From Sphagnum compactum (taxonomy: Eukaryota): a stretch of DNA of 64,000 nucleotides. The notes below the pieces were generated by a model. That model was not told where the DNA came from and searched no databases. It saw only the letters and a list, made by a program, of their open reading frames with translations. The position numbers were made by a program, and so were the translations under genes. Location of the stretch: NCBI GenBank assembly GCA_965153455.1, contig OZ234493.1, positions 34,152,213 through 34,216,212 of the forward strand, given 5' to 3'. Positions 51,015 to 64,000 of the stretch are shown here, piece by piece (within the stretch, counting starts at the first letter, position 1; the number at the start of each line of letters is the position of its first letter).

Positions 51015-54000
51015 CTTTAAATTTCCACTACATAACTCATTTTCCCAAAAATTTCCCAATCTTTTTGTCAAGAAAAGAAAATAAAAATCGAAATAAAAAT
51101 CATTGACTGGTAGTAGTTTATTTTATTTATTTTCTTTCTTTCTTTCTTTCTGATGTTGCTGAAGTGGCAATCGTCAAAAAGATAATCTAGCCAAATTTGG
51201 CTATATAAATGATGGAAGTAAAAATAATTTAAGCATCCTTCTATATTGTTGGTTACCTATTGGAACACATAATATAGAATCTTAAAGTGATTTTAAAAAA
51301 AAACTTAAAGTCTTGTTCAAATTTTGGCAATTTGAAAAACAAATTCACCAAAAGAAAACTCGGAGTGGAGATGAGGATCATCCATATGCCGATTTATCAG
51401 CTATAAAAAGTCAAAAAGTTTAAGCATCCTTCTATATTTTTTATTGCCTGCCAGAACCTAATATGGAAATAGGAGGACCTTTATTTTATTTTTTCTAGAA
51501 ATCTGGCGAAATTGGGAATCTTTTCACAAAATATTCTTTGTATAAGTTGAAACCAATCTTTTTTTTTAGTTGCGAAATTTCATATGAAGGTGACACTTTC
51601 TTTCTTTCTTCGGTGCCAAATTTCACATGCACAGGGCACTTTCTTTTTTTTTTGACTATCACAAGATTCTTTTTATCTGCCTTTTAGTTCACAAGTTCAC
51701 AGATTCCACTCTTTCTCCCCCGCGTCGAAGAGCTGATCACAAAGCTTGTCGGGTAAACACACCATCACGGGACGGATGGATGACTGGATGGATGGACGGA
51801 TGAATGACGGAACAGATGGATGGAAAGTTTCACGACGTCCTCACTATATTTAGCTACTGTCCGTCCGGATTAAGGGGAAGCTTCATTCTTCCTTTAATAT
51901 ATGTAATGTTCTGGGAAGAAAGACCTGGAAGTCATCATATTTACACAACTTGGTTCTTCGAGGTTGCCAAAACATAGAAGGATTCTAGAAAATGTCTATT
52001 GTTGTCCCTCTCTCACCTGTAGCCAAATTTGGCTCTTTCCTCTTGGGGATGGTTGCCAGTGTTTGTTTTTTGGGGGCGAAAAAATTTTCGCAACCTGGCG
52101 ACAAAAAAAAAAGGGGCTGGCGAATCCAACAAAGGGATTTTTGAGATTTTTTTAAAAAATTCGCCATATCCTGACAAAAAAAACTTAGAAGTCGCCAGAT
52201 GTAGACAGTGTGTTCCTGCAGAGAAGTCGCCAGAGAACTAGACAGGATTTCAAAAAAGATCTACTAGTCCACTAGGACAGTCGCCATATTTACTGCTAAT
52301 TAATGTTGAGGATCCTAGCCAGTGCACCTACTCGAGGAAGTTGAAAAAAACAAACACTGATCCTGCCACTCTGTCTACATCGCAAAATTGAAAAAAGAAA
52401 AACCCTCGATGAAACTTGAAATCAGATTTTTCAGGTGGAAAACTAACTTGTAAATATTGGCCAGGGAAGTGCCAGAAAAGGCAGCTCCCCATCTGTCCAA
52501 CCGATTCTGGTTGCGGAACCGGTCAAGTGCAAATTCTGCCATCTCAAAGGAATTGAATTTCTATAAAATAGATATAGACCTCTGCTACTTGCGAAAAGGC
52601 CAAAAAACCATTTTGAAAGTAAAGGTTTCTGTGTGGGACCAGTTTGAAAATGGGGAAGAGTCGGTGTTGATCCCTTGTCTTATGTGATGGAAGGTGGAGT
52701 TAAGTAAGGGGAGGGGGAGATGGCTCGTCCACTTTAGATTGGGTGGATGCAGTGTGTATGGCTTTAGACGCCACAGAGGAGTGAATCATAAGAGCCATGA
52801 GGAATTTGTTTTCCTTTATGGAGAAAAAATAAATTATATCCCCAATTCAATAAGGAAAACATGGCCAAGCTCCTTTCTTTGATGACAATGCCAAGAAAAA
52901 GTTGCATCCAACAATCAAATGATGCACCTCTAAGTTTGCTTGTTAAAGGGAAAGCGAGGAATATCCCACCCACAATATGTTGTCAACCCTTGCCCTCTCG
53001 CCACAACTTGCACCTTGCTCATATGTGTCCAAATCCACTCCCTTCCTGTCCCTTCAAATCCCTATCTACCCACAGGTATTTGCAACTTGTTGAATCTTTT
53101 GACATGTTCCAAACAAGACACAATGAGCCTTGGCCAATCCTCACACCCAAATCATTTGTTATTTTTCATTCCTATATAAGTATAGTTCATCACATGGTCA
53201 TTATCTAGACCATCCATTAAGGAACAATGTAGATTTGGCCACCCATGCAGGGTTTTCTTTTTTGCGAATTGTAAAATGTGCTCAAGTGGCAATGTGCATA
53301 AGTGGTTTCGTATGTAATTTGATGGACGAACAAATGATATCTTGGTCACTTGTGGACTTTGTTGTTCGCAAACCTGATTGTTCAAAGAACCCCAAGGTGG
53401 CTATTTTTTTTTGAGAAAGTCCAATTGGCACGTACCAAAAAGAATTAGAACATAATAAAGTTATCCACAAAGTTTTCAAAAACTAGGGTTTTGATCCTAA
53501 GTGTGAGCAAAAGAGACAATGACCACAAAAAGGCATGACAAGCAAATTTTCCCAATGGCAAAAAAGATAGAAGTGATTGAAAATCACTCCTTAACTTGGG
53601 ATCAAATGGGGTTTTTTTTGCATCTTTCATTGTTTTCGTGTTTTGTGAAGTAGGTATGCCTTGAACAAAGGTGAATGAAAGAGTGCTTCTTTGTGAAGGA
53701 TATATTGAGCAAAAGTTAGTGAGAAGCACAAAACATGTTTGCAAGGAAAGGATCTTGGCAAAACACAAAGAGGCAAGCAAATAACATTTCAATAAGGCTT
53801 TGTAATAGTGGACAAAGTTTTTTTTGGCAAATACACATTGGAGTTTCAACAAACTTCAACATTGCTTACAAGGCAAACGAGTTCAGCAAAAAAACAAGGA
53901 GGCAAGTAAATCACATTTCATTTGAACTTCAACAGTACTAACGAGTTTTTCGTTTGAGCAGATACACATGCTAAAGTTTCAACAATAATGGAACTTTGAA

Positions 54001-56809
54001 AAAAAATTTAAATCAATAGCAAGTTTTTAAAAGTGGTAAAGCTTCATGAATTTTTTGTTTCCAAAGCAAATTTCCAACAATGATAGAGTTTGTAGGCTAG
54101 AGCTTTTACAAAGGTCACAAAATGTTAACAAAGGTGGAATTTCAATAAGCTTCAACCACGATGGAATTTTGTGCTTTCATAAGGCTTCAATACCATTTCT
54201 TTCTTTTCATTCCCATAACTACAAGCCATATGGTCTTCATTTCCAATCTGTGGGAAAATGAAGATTTCTTTTGACATTCTAGACCATGATTAAATTCTAT
54301 GGGAGGCATTCCTCCTATCATGTTGGTGTTTTTTTTAACACCTACCGTAAGCTTTGTAAACTTATCACCCTAATTGCATCAATTTTAATGCAATGTTTGA
54401 ATTGTCATGACTTCCATCCTAAAGTGCCAAATTATATCACTTCTCGTTTCCAAAACCCTCATCAACTCTTCATAACACTAATTGTTGATGTTTGCCAACT
54501 TCTATCACCCCTCACATATGATGTAATTGTGGTTGCACACAATTTTCAATGTTTACCCATGACCCCATCCATGCTTTGTCATCTTTGCTAAGTAAGCAAG
54601 GAATGGTGGAAGTTGATGGGGGAAACAATTGCATGAAATGCTTTGGAACTTATCAAAGTCAATAATCATTCTTATTATAAGGCTATAACAATGCATCAGC
54701 ATCATAGATTTTTTTCATGAACAACTTCAAAATAGATTACATACAAAACAATTTGGAATGGTATGATGCATGCTAATCATTTGAGAATGTGGAACTAGGG
54801 TGTCGACAAGGTAAAGTAGACAAAAAAAGTAATTTGCCCAAAGTTCAATTAAAAAATGAAACAATTTTTTATATGGACACAAGAAAATATATTCAAAATA
54901 TTTTGAAATAAAAATATAAAACCATAGCCGCCTTATATTTAGTTCATGGGAAGTTGGATACAAAATTTGAACAACTTTTCTATCATAAAAGTAGGTTGAA
55001 AATACATTTGAAACTAATTGGGTCAAAATAATGTTCAAACTTACTTCATATTAAAAATTGGATATATTATGATTATAACATTCATAATTTGATAATACAT
55101 AAGTATTTTTTAGGGCTCCACTAAGTTGAAATTTTTTTAAAATCAATATTTCATTTACATGTAGCCCATTTTGTAAGATCGAACATTTTGTGCAAGTAAA
55201 AATTATTTTTAAAATTCTACTTAATTCTACTTTCAATACATTAAAACTTTTTCACAGCTACATGTAATTGTTTTTGACAAGGAGCAGTGAACCATCTATT
55301 TTACCTTGCTTGCACTCACTAAATGCAAATGAAGAACTTTTTCCTTTTCATTAAGGTTTTAAGGTGTTAAACATTTTGTAATTTGTACAAACTACAATTT
55401 ATAAAATGTTTGGGCAATTGAATCATGTTAAATTATTAAATGGTTTGAATCTATGTTAGTTTTCCTCTCTTGTTAAATTACTTCAATCTATGTTAGAGTT
55501 TAGCCCCTATTTCCAAAATCCACTTTCATGGAAAAATTCTTAAAGGTAGGAATAAAATAAAATTGGGTAAAAGCACATTAAAAGTGAATCACTTTTCACC
55601 AAAAGGGTGATGTATAATGAATATCATAATACACAATTTATTAACACAACAACACATCTTGGGTTTTATGACCAATTAATACAACGACTATTATCTTTTT
55701 TTATTACAATTGTAACTACAAGTTCATGTTAATGAATGTGTAGTTGTAAAAGACATTGTGATGCCACATGGCATTATCGTTTTGCAATTGTAGTCGATAT
55801 CACAACTTGATGGTTTTTACACAAATATCAAATTTTCAAAAATGCATTTTTTAATGTATTTTTAATCATTCAAAATTAGGTAATAACAAAATTCCATTCA
55901 TTCTAACAATTTTTGATGAATAATAATGACTTATGGTCGTGTGATGATGATGTGGCATGTCACATGGCATCGAGGTTGACTAGTAGTCACAACACCTTAT
56001 GACTTGTGACACTAATTTCACATCATGATTCATGTCATTGATTTGATGAATTAATTTCATTTATTAATTACTTGAAAATATTGATGTCTTTTGCGATTAA
56101 TAACGACTCTATCTTCCATGTGATGATGACATGGCATGTCATTTGGCAACAAGGTGTCACAAATTTTCATGGCAATCCATGATCTTTTGTGAAATTGTCT
56201 CTTAAATAGCTCTCTTAAATAACTCTTAAATAGCCCTTTATGTCACCCCTTACTTAAGAAATCTGTAGGCAGTCTCTTGAATAACCCCCTATGTAACCCC
56301 TAACTTAGGAAGTTCCTAGGTAATTTCTTAAATAGTCCTTAAGTAGCCCCAAAATAACCCCTTGGGTAGTCCTTAAATATTGGTTGATAGACCTTGAAAG
56401 TATAGACTTCTAGAAAATATGTAACATAAGAATCTCATGTTATTCCTATGTATGTATGTTCAAACTAAACACAATTTATAGATTCAAATTCAAAAAATAA
56501 TAAGATAAGCTTTTACGCATGTTATTACAAATGGACAAGAATACAAAAGATTCAAACTCATCTTCTTATATAGATTAGGTGGATCTTATTAGTAACTAAA
56601 GTAGTTACCTAATTAAATAGAAATTAATAGGTTTAAGGATATTCATAGGTTGGTTTATTAATATTTATGATTAAAAACATAGGGGATAATTATAAGACTT
56701 ATGGTTTGATAATGTTAAAACTGCAAAAAAATCGTTAGTGTTAGATTATGGATTTTCAAACGCCACTTTTGAGCCACCTAACCATGCTTTCAAGGCTTAA
56801 TCCAAACTT

Positions 56810-57055
56810 TAAAACTAAAACTTTAATCCTAACCCCTAAAATTAAAATTTTAATCCAAACACTAATTTCAAATCTCAAAATTGAAAGCTTAATCTTGACC
56901 CCTAAAATTAAAACCTTAAATCAAAACCCCTGAAACAAAAATCCTAATCTTAACCCCTAAAATTAAAACCCCAATCCAAACCTTAAACCTGAAACCCTAA
57001 AACTAAAACACTAATCTAAACTTTATGTTTAAACCTCTAAAACTAAAACCCTAAT
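56810..57055. repeat. Degenerate telomere-like (CCCTAAA-derived) tandem array
   Basis: Repeated AACCCCTAAAATTAAAA / AAACCCTAA units. Confidence 0.55.
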
Positions 57056-60000
57056 GGGCACACCCATCCTTGGATGAGACCATTAAAAACCATTTCACCA
57101 AAATTCAAGGACAGGTAGACCTACTTTAATTCAATTAAAAAATTAATCTTTTTAAATTGTGATTTTATTATTGACTTGCACCACATGGGTTTTGTGTTCC
57201 TCACCTATGTATACACTATGGAAAAATTGTTGACACTTACATAAATTCTTAAAATGTTTTGGGTTTGGAATATGGGTTTGGTTTATGATTTTGGATTAAG
57301 ATTCTAGTAACCCCTATATACACCTAAGTAGTCCTTATGTAATCCTTAATAAGCATCCCCTTAAATAGCTTTCAAATAGCTCCATGGTAATATAATGTTT
57401 ACACAATTTAATTTAACATGTACAAAAGTCAATTTTATATTTAATACATTTTTAACATCAAACTAACAAAATAACTACAAATTAATACTTATAAAAATTA
57501 GATTTGTATTTATTACATGTTAAAAATAGCCCCTATAAAATCTCGCAAGTATTTTCTGAATATCCCCTGACTTAGGAAATCCTTAGGTAAGAACCTAAAT
57601 AACCCCTTATATTACACCTAAATAATCCCCTATGTAATCTTACAAACAATCCATAAATATCCCTTAACTTAGGAAATCTTCAGGTAACCCCCAAATAACC
57701 CCTAAGTACGTCTTAAATACTTTCATAAGTAATCCCGAAATGGCCCATGGGTAGGTAAATGGATAAATAGTTCTTAGGTAGGTAATCCCTAATTATAAAT
57801 AGCTCTTTCATGGGTTGATAGCCTATAAGTAAGAAGATAGATAGGTCTAACCTAGTTAATCCCTATTAGGTAAAACCTTTATTATTTTAGTCTATGACAA
57901 CGGAAGTAAACCATAATTTGTGATTAAAAAAGTGATATGGTAATCATTTTTACGAACTTTCTCTTGTGTTTTGATGACCAGTCCTCATTTTTTTGTGCAC
58001 GTTTCCAGGTAAATTAAGAAAGGGAAAATAAGTGGGACAATCAGAATCAAAGTGAGGCTGAAATTTAAGATCACTTGATGGATAAGTCTAATATGTGTTC
58101 AGCTTATTTCCTATATACTTAATACTTAGTGTAGAGAGTCAATAATATTCTTTTTTTGGGAACCTTTTTCCCTTTAATCCTTTAGCCACAATCTATTTTT
58201 TTATGAACCTTTTGGCAAAAATTCACACAAGAAAAAACAGACTACACCCATTGCCTGCCATTTCATTCATGTTACGACCAATTTGGTTGATTTTTTAAAT
58301 TTAAAATGAGTTCGCATCACTGTGAAGCTCTTCCACATCTTTTAGATCTTTATTTTTTAATGATTTCAATCACATCCATTGGTACAGAATACAATCTAGA
58401 AACATGGGGCATACAAGCATAATCTTGCAATGTGGGCAGCCTAATAAATCCATGTTCCTGGGTTCAAGATGAGTTGATTTTCAAGTGCTTGGATTTCATA
58501 AACTGTGATTTTTTTCTGGACAATATCTCAATTTTTTTAATGTTTGAAGCTTTTGCTCCATGATTCTTCCTACCAAACCTATATACATCTTTTAGGTGTA
58601 GACCATAGCTTGCCAACACCCCAAATAAAAAACAACTTTCAAGTTTTATCTTTTGTCTTCTTCTTTGAGCACTATATACTAATAGTGGGTGGTGATGTGA
58701 AACATGAGTTTTAGGCAATATTTAATCACATAAATAAACTTACTTTTGATATTTACTTAGTAGACCCTTCATACTTTTGAACCCTACAATATACACTATG
58801 TCATAATGTGATTTTCATGATGAGAACAACTTGTGAATACTATCGTAATGTAATTATGTAGTCGTAATGTGTTTTGAATTGCTCCCATTTTTACAACTGG
58901 TCAAAATTATGATTATGTGACTACAAATATGACTATAAATATTTATGACTGTACTATTAATAAGGATTAATAATCATGTGCACTTAGAGTTGACCTTATT
59001 TGTAGGGCACCTTTGTGAAAATTAACACATTGTCATGCATGTGCTGTTGATGTAAATGAAGTCCCAAATCTTTCTAAATGTTTTGTGAACTGATTGCATA
59101 GATATGATTTTCAAACTTCTTTCACCAATGCATGTAAATAAATTTACTTTAGTTTAAATAGCTTAGTTTAACCTAAATTAACATAATTTAACCTATTTTA
59201 ACCTACTTTATTTTAGTGTATTTTAATCTAGGTTAGTCTAAGTAGTCAATTTAGCCTAATATAATAATGCACACCTTATGACCAAACTTTAGATGAAAAA
59301 TAAATTTTTTGATACTTTGCAAAGTGGTGTCCTTTCATGGAAAATTTGTGTTTGCCCATGGGTTTTGTTTATAGCATATTGTAAAGACATGCTTTCAAGG
59401 GTATAAATAAACTTGTTTGGTGATGGGCTAGGAGTTGTAATATATCTTAACATAAGCTTGTACATAGATTTGAAAAGGTTCACATCATGGGCCACGAAAA
59501 GTGTTTGTTGAAACATCTTGTTCCAAGTTATAATTTTTTTTTCATGATGTGGGATTATTGTTTTGAGTTGGGCTTATATGTGTCACATCACAACAATGCA
59601 CACAAAAGATCACAGAATCACCAAAAATAAATCTTTGTTGGTCTTGAATTGCTTGGTTTAAGGTAATTATGATTTTTAGGGAATATCTACAATGCTTGCA
59701 GTTCATTAAATAGGATGTTGTTTAGTGATTAGAAAATCCTAATACATTTGTAACAATACAACATCACAATTGCAAAGCCCTTGCACATTTTCCATGCAAA
59801 ATCAGATCACGCCAACTTTAAAAAATCAAAAACATCTTTAGTCCTACTCTTTATAATTTCTCACCAAATTTAAGCAAACATCACAAATTCAATTCTAGAA
59901 TGCATGAATTCACTTTTCCAACAAGCAATCTAACATTCTTTGCAAAAGTTAAGTATGTCTTGGAAAATGAACTCCAAGAATTCACTAAACATTTATTTCC

Positions 60001-60699
60001 TATAGCAACAAGTTTAACATCAAAAGTAGAAAATCAACAATTGGAGGTGAAAGTAAAAGATAAACAAATAGAGGTGAAAGTAAAAGATAAGCAAATTGAA
60101 ATGAAGGTATAGGACCAATCTCTTGAGTGCAAATCCAATTTAGTGACAATGCATACAAGAAAAGGTTTAACAAATATTTGCACTATCAATGGATAGTTAA
60201 ACATGTAGTTTCACAATGAACATAGAATGCAAATAGAATGAGATGCAAGCTTCAATGTGCTTGAGCCAATCATAGCTTAAGATTTACATTGATAACTTGC
60301 ACAACAATAATAGATGAAGATTTGATGTACGAAAAAAATTTAGACTTCTTAAAATCAATATACAATTGCTAGAAACATAACAATATGCATTTGAAACATA
60401 CATTGATTTAATTGAATTTTTGTGATCATGGTTTAGTTTCTAAATCCTGATGAAAGAATACAATTAGTGAGGCATTAGTGCAATCACTTTGTCTTTTGGA
60501 GTTTAGGGCTAGGAGGATCAAAGAAAGATGGTTTTCAATTTGCTTCACAAACAAAGCAAAAACTTGTTGGATTAACCAACACAAGTCATGGAAAGTAAAA
60601 TCCTAGTTAATCCAACTAAAGATAAAGAAAACATCTGACCTAATCAAGCCAAAAGATCAAAGCAAAAAAAGGTTGCAATGAATCTTGGTTTTCTAAGGA

Positions 60700-61750
60700 G
60701 AGGCAAATGGATAATAAAATAATTAAAAGATGTCACAAACATAATAAAAAAAAGGCATAACATTGATAGTTAATTGGAGTTAGCAAAATTTTCAACATTC
60801 CTTTGACCTCATCATTTGGTCATTTGAATGGAAAAATTAGGTCCATAAAAGATGGTTTGTACTTGGTGTGTTAATAAAGGAAAAATAAATTATTGTTGAT
60901 TGGATTTTTGGAATGCAAGCTTGTGGGCTTTTAATCACATTTCAATAACTTAGCTTTAGGTGGTGAAATTTACCCAAATTCGACCTACCCTGTTTCAGGG
61001 TGGGTTACTTGGATATTCTTGATGGTTTTGGTTTCAATGTAAAGATCTAGAATTGTCAATTAGACTTACAAAAGGGTTAAAGGTTTGTAGAGCATAAGGT
61101 TTGCAATGCATGTACATCATTCTATTTAACAATCTTGCAACATTGTACATTCAACACAACTATCCCACAAATCGCATATGGAATTGTGATGAGATAAGGA
61201 TTCAAGCAAGGTGATAATCAGGGGTGAAACTTCTAGCAAAAAGAAGTTCACAATAAGTCTATAATGCCATTCCCAAGTCTAAAGAATGGATGATTATAAA
61301 CTATGTTATAAATGCAATTGGGGGATTTTGTTACGATTCTTCACATTTCAAGGTAAAAGGATTAGAAATGATTACATTAGAAATTGTAGGCTAGGGACAT
61401 GCATGCCAATGGAAAAACACATGGATGACATCTTTCCTTTTCAAGGAATGTTTGTCATTTTTCACAAGGTTAATTCCTTGAGGCATTTCTCAATCTAACA
61501 TGCATATATTGATCCTAGATGGGCAGGGGTCACATGTAACCTTAGAGGCAATAAAAAAACATAAACACTTGGCTAAATATGGTGATTTTATTGTCATTCA
61601 CATCTTAGGCATTGCATCCCTTAAATGTGAGTTGTTTCGAGCCCTTCAAGACTAGATTTAGAAAGGAAGAGACAACAACATGGTTAATAGGTCCAATTAT
61701 TAGGAACCAAACAAAACAACTCTTATTGGTTGGGTTGATAAAACATTGGA
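60700..61750 (+). pseudogene. Degenerate pogo/Tigger-type (CENP-B/DDE_1) transposase
   Basis: Fragments WNCDE (~61179, first D), IPKSKEWMIINYVINAIG, HILILDGQGSHVTLEAI (~61503, second D, LDGHxSH motif) and ALHPLNVSCFEPFK (~61609, degenerate QPLDV). Many stops and frameshifts. Confidence 0.85.
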
Positions 61751-64000
61751 AATTTCATGTTTTCAATAACTCATTTGTAACAAATTAATATGTTCAAAGT
61801 CTTGTTAATACTAATATGTTAAGGTTTATATATTAAATATTTGCCAAAACTATGCCATTTAAAAAGAAATATAATTGGTTTTTTGTTCTTATTGTTTAAT
61901 TACCATTTAAAAACATTGGTACATAGCATAAAAATTTGTTAAAATTGTGTATTTCGTATTCATTAAATTGATTTTAAATTATTTGGATATGTATACCAAT
62001 ATTTTGAAAATAAAATTGCATTAAAAAAAATCCATTGTAGTTTTTTAATGCTTTTAAGTTTGAAATTCACAAAATAAAGTACGTAGTGGTTACTATTGTT
62101 AATGGTATGTTTTAGTGTGATTGCACCATACCCAATATATCAAGTATAGAGGTTGTTAAAACAAAAAACAATGTTGAAAACATGGAGCTTAATTATTTAA
62201 ATTAGTACATGTGGAGTGCAACCTAAATGCTATATTCTTGAAAAGGAAATAAGGCTAGTAAACCAGGTCATTGAACTAACAAAAATAAAAAGGGCCTACA
62301 CATGAGCCTTAACCTAAAGAGCTTAATTCTATAAGTCAAATTCTTAAAACAATTCATTTTGTAAATTTGTTGTTGTTGTCCCATTTATTCATAAGGAGGA
62401 CATGAGGGATATAAGGTCCATTAGTTGTTTACAACAAATCACATGTTGTCACATCTAATGAGTATTTTTTGCAATATGTAATAAAACATTTTGGACAAAA
62501 AAATAGTTGAACAAATTAGAAAGCCAAAAAGGAAGGAAAGGGAGGAAATGAAAGCAAGGAGAGTAGTTGAATCCCTTAACTTAGTTGAATGAACAACTCA
62601 ATGTATGGTTAAATGCAAGTAATAGTTGCCTTCAACAAGGTTTGGTCTATTGTAACCATTAGAGGTGCAAGGGATAGATTTCACAACTTTTAAATTAGTT
62701 ACAAAGTTCATCTTATTGAATACAAAGGTGTCAACTTAGGCTTTAAAACACCACAATAGATAAAGGCTAAGGCTAGGGTTAGGGCTAGAATGCATGTGAA
62801 GGACATGTTGTATAACAAGTTTACAACATGTAAGCAATGGATAAATTTCCAAAAACAAGAGGAAATCATGATTCAAGTTTAGGGTTTAAAACTTGGGGGT
62901 TCAAACAAGAAGAGGTCAACTAGTTAAAAGCTTGAGAGAGGATGTAGTTTAAAACAATATTTTTTTAAAGAGAAGCTGAAGCTTATTAAAAATAGGCTTA
63001 AAGTTTAAAAAGAAGTTATAGCTTAGAGAGAGGTGTAAGTTTAAAAAGAAGCTATGGCTTAAAGAGAGGTGGAAGTTTGAAAAGGTGCCAACTTAGAGAA
63101 ATGTAGAAACTTTAAAAAATAAGCTACAACTAAGAAAATAATGGGAAGTTTAAAGAGAGGTTGTTGTAGCTTAAAGAGAGGCAATGATTAAAAAATTGGA
63201 GGGAAAAAAATGTAAAACTAGAATCAATGGGCCAAAAAAAAAATCGTTTGAAAGGGATTGATTTTGGAAAAAATATTTAGACAATTGGAAGGGTGTCACA
63301 TTTTAAAAGAAAGATGATGAAAAAGGAAAAACATCGTTTGAAAGGATTTGATGAGAAAATTAACCCAAGAGATATGGAAGGGATCTATAACATTTAAAGA
63401 GAGATTTAAAGAAAGGACTCAATGAGAAAAAAAATTTACCTAAGAAAGATGGAAGGGAGTTATAACATAGAGAAAGGTGATGAAAAAGGCTTAAAGGAAA
63501 AACTTGGTGAGAAAAAGAAAAACCCAAGATAGATGCAAGGGAGTCATAGTGTAAAAAGAGGTGGTGAAAAAGGCTTAGAGAGAAAACTTTGTGAAAAAAA
63601 AAATTAAACCAAGGCAGATGGAAGGGAGTTGCGGTGTAAAGAGAGGCGACAAGAGAGACAATGAGAAAAGACTTGTTGACAAAGAAAAAATAACCGAAGA
63701 AAGATGGAAAATAGTTGTAGTATAAAGAGAGTGATAAAAAAAAGGTTTGGTGAGGAAAAAAATTGGTGGGTGTTGATATATAAAGAAAAACAAATAAGGA
63801 AAGAAAAAGTGGTGGCTCTAAGTGGTGGGTCAAAGTGTACCAAAAAAAGACCAACAAAAACAATGTATTAGCTTCAAACATGTGACCGACTAGAAAGGGA
63901 TGAAAAGCTCAAAATCAGATTGTTGGTACTTGTAAGCATATTACAACAACAAGAAAGGCTATCATCACATTGTCACAAATGTTGATGAAGACAAATAAAA

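Overview
AT-rich, transposon-littered land-plant genomic DNA; the repeat content and intron style look bryophyte-like (possibly Sphagnum), which is inference only. There are two recognisable host genes: a spliced Lzipper-MIP1 protein gene (~5.2-6.6 kb, minus) and an intronless DREB-type AP2/ERF gene (49.6-50.2 kb, minus). The rest is mostly decayed DNA transposons (two hAT relics, one pogo/DDE_1 relic), MITEs, a solo LTR, a probable SINE and tandem repeats. The centrepiece is a structurally complete 8,866-bp CACTA/En-Spm element (26835-35700; CACTAC termini, TTA target-site duplication). It carries a multi-exon TnpD transposase, a divergently oriented TnpA-like ORF2, and an intact SET-domain (lysine methyltransferase-like) exon sitting inside a transposase intron. 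Splice phases suggest one N-terminal Cys/His transposase-associated exon can be joined either to the SET exon or to the DDE transposase. CpG-rich TCGCA motif arrays mark all four main non-coding parts of the element. Together these suggest a transposon-encoded chromatin-modifying or anti-silencing module.
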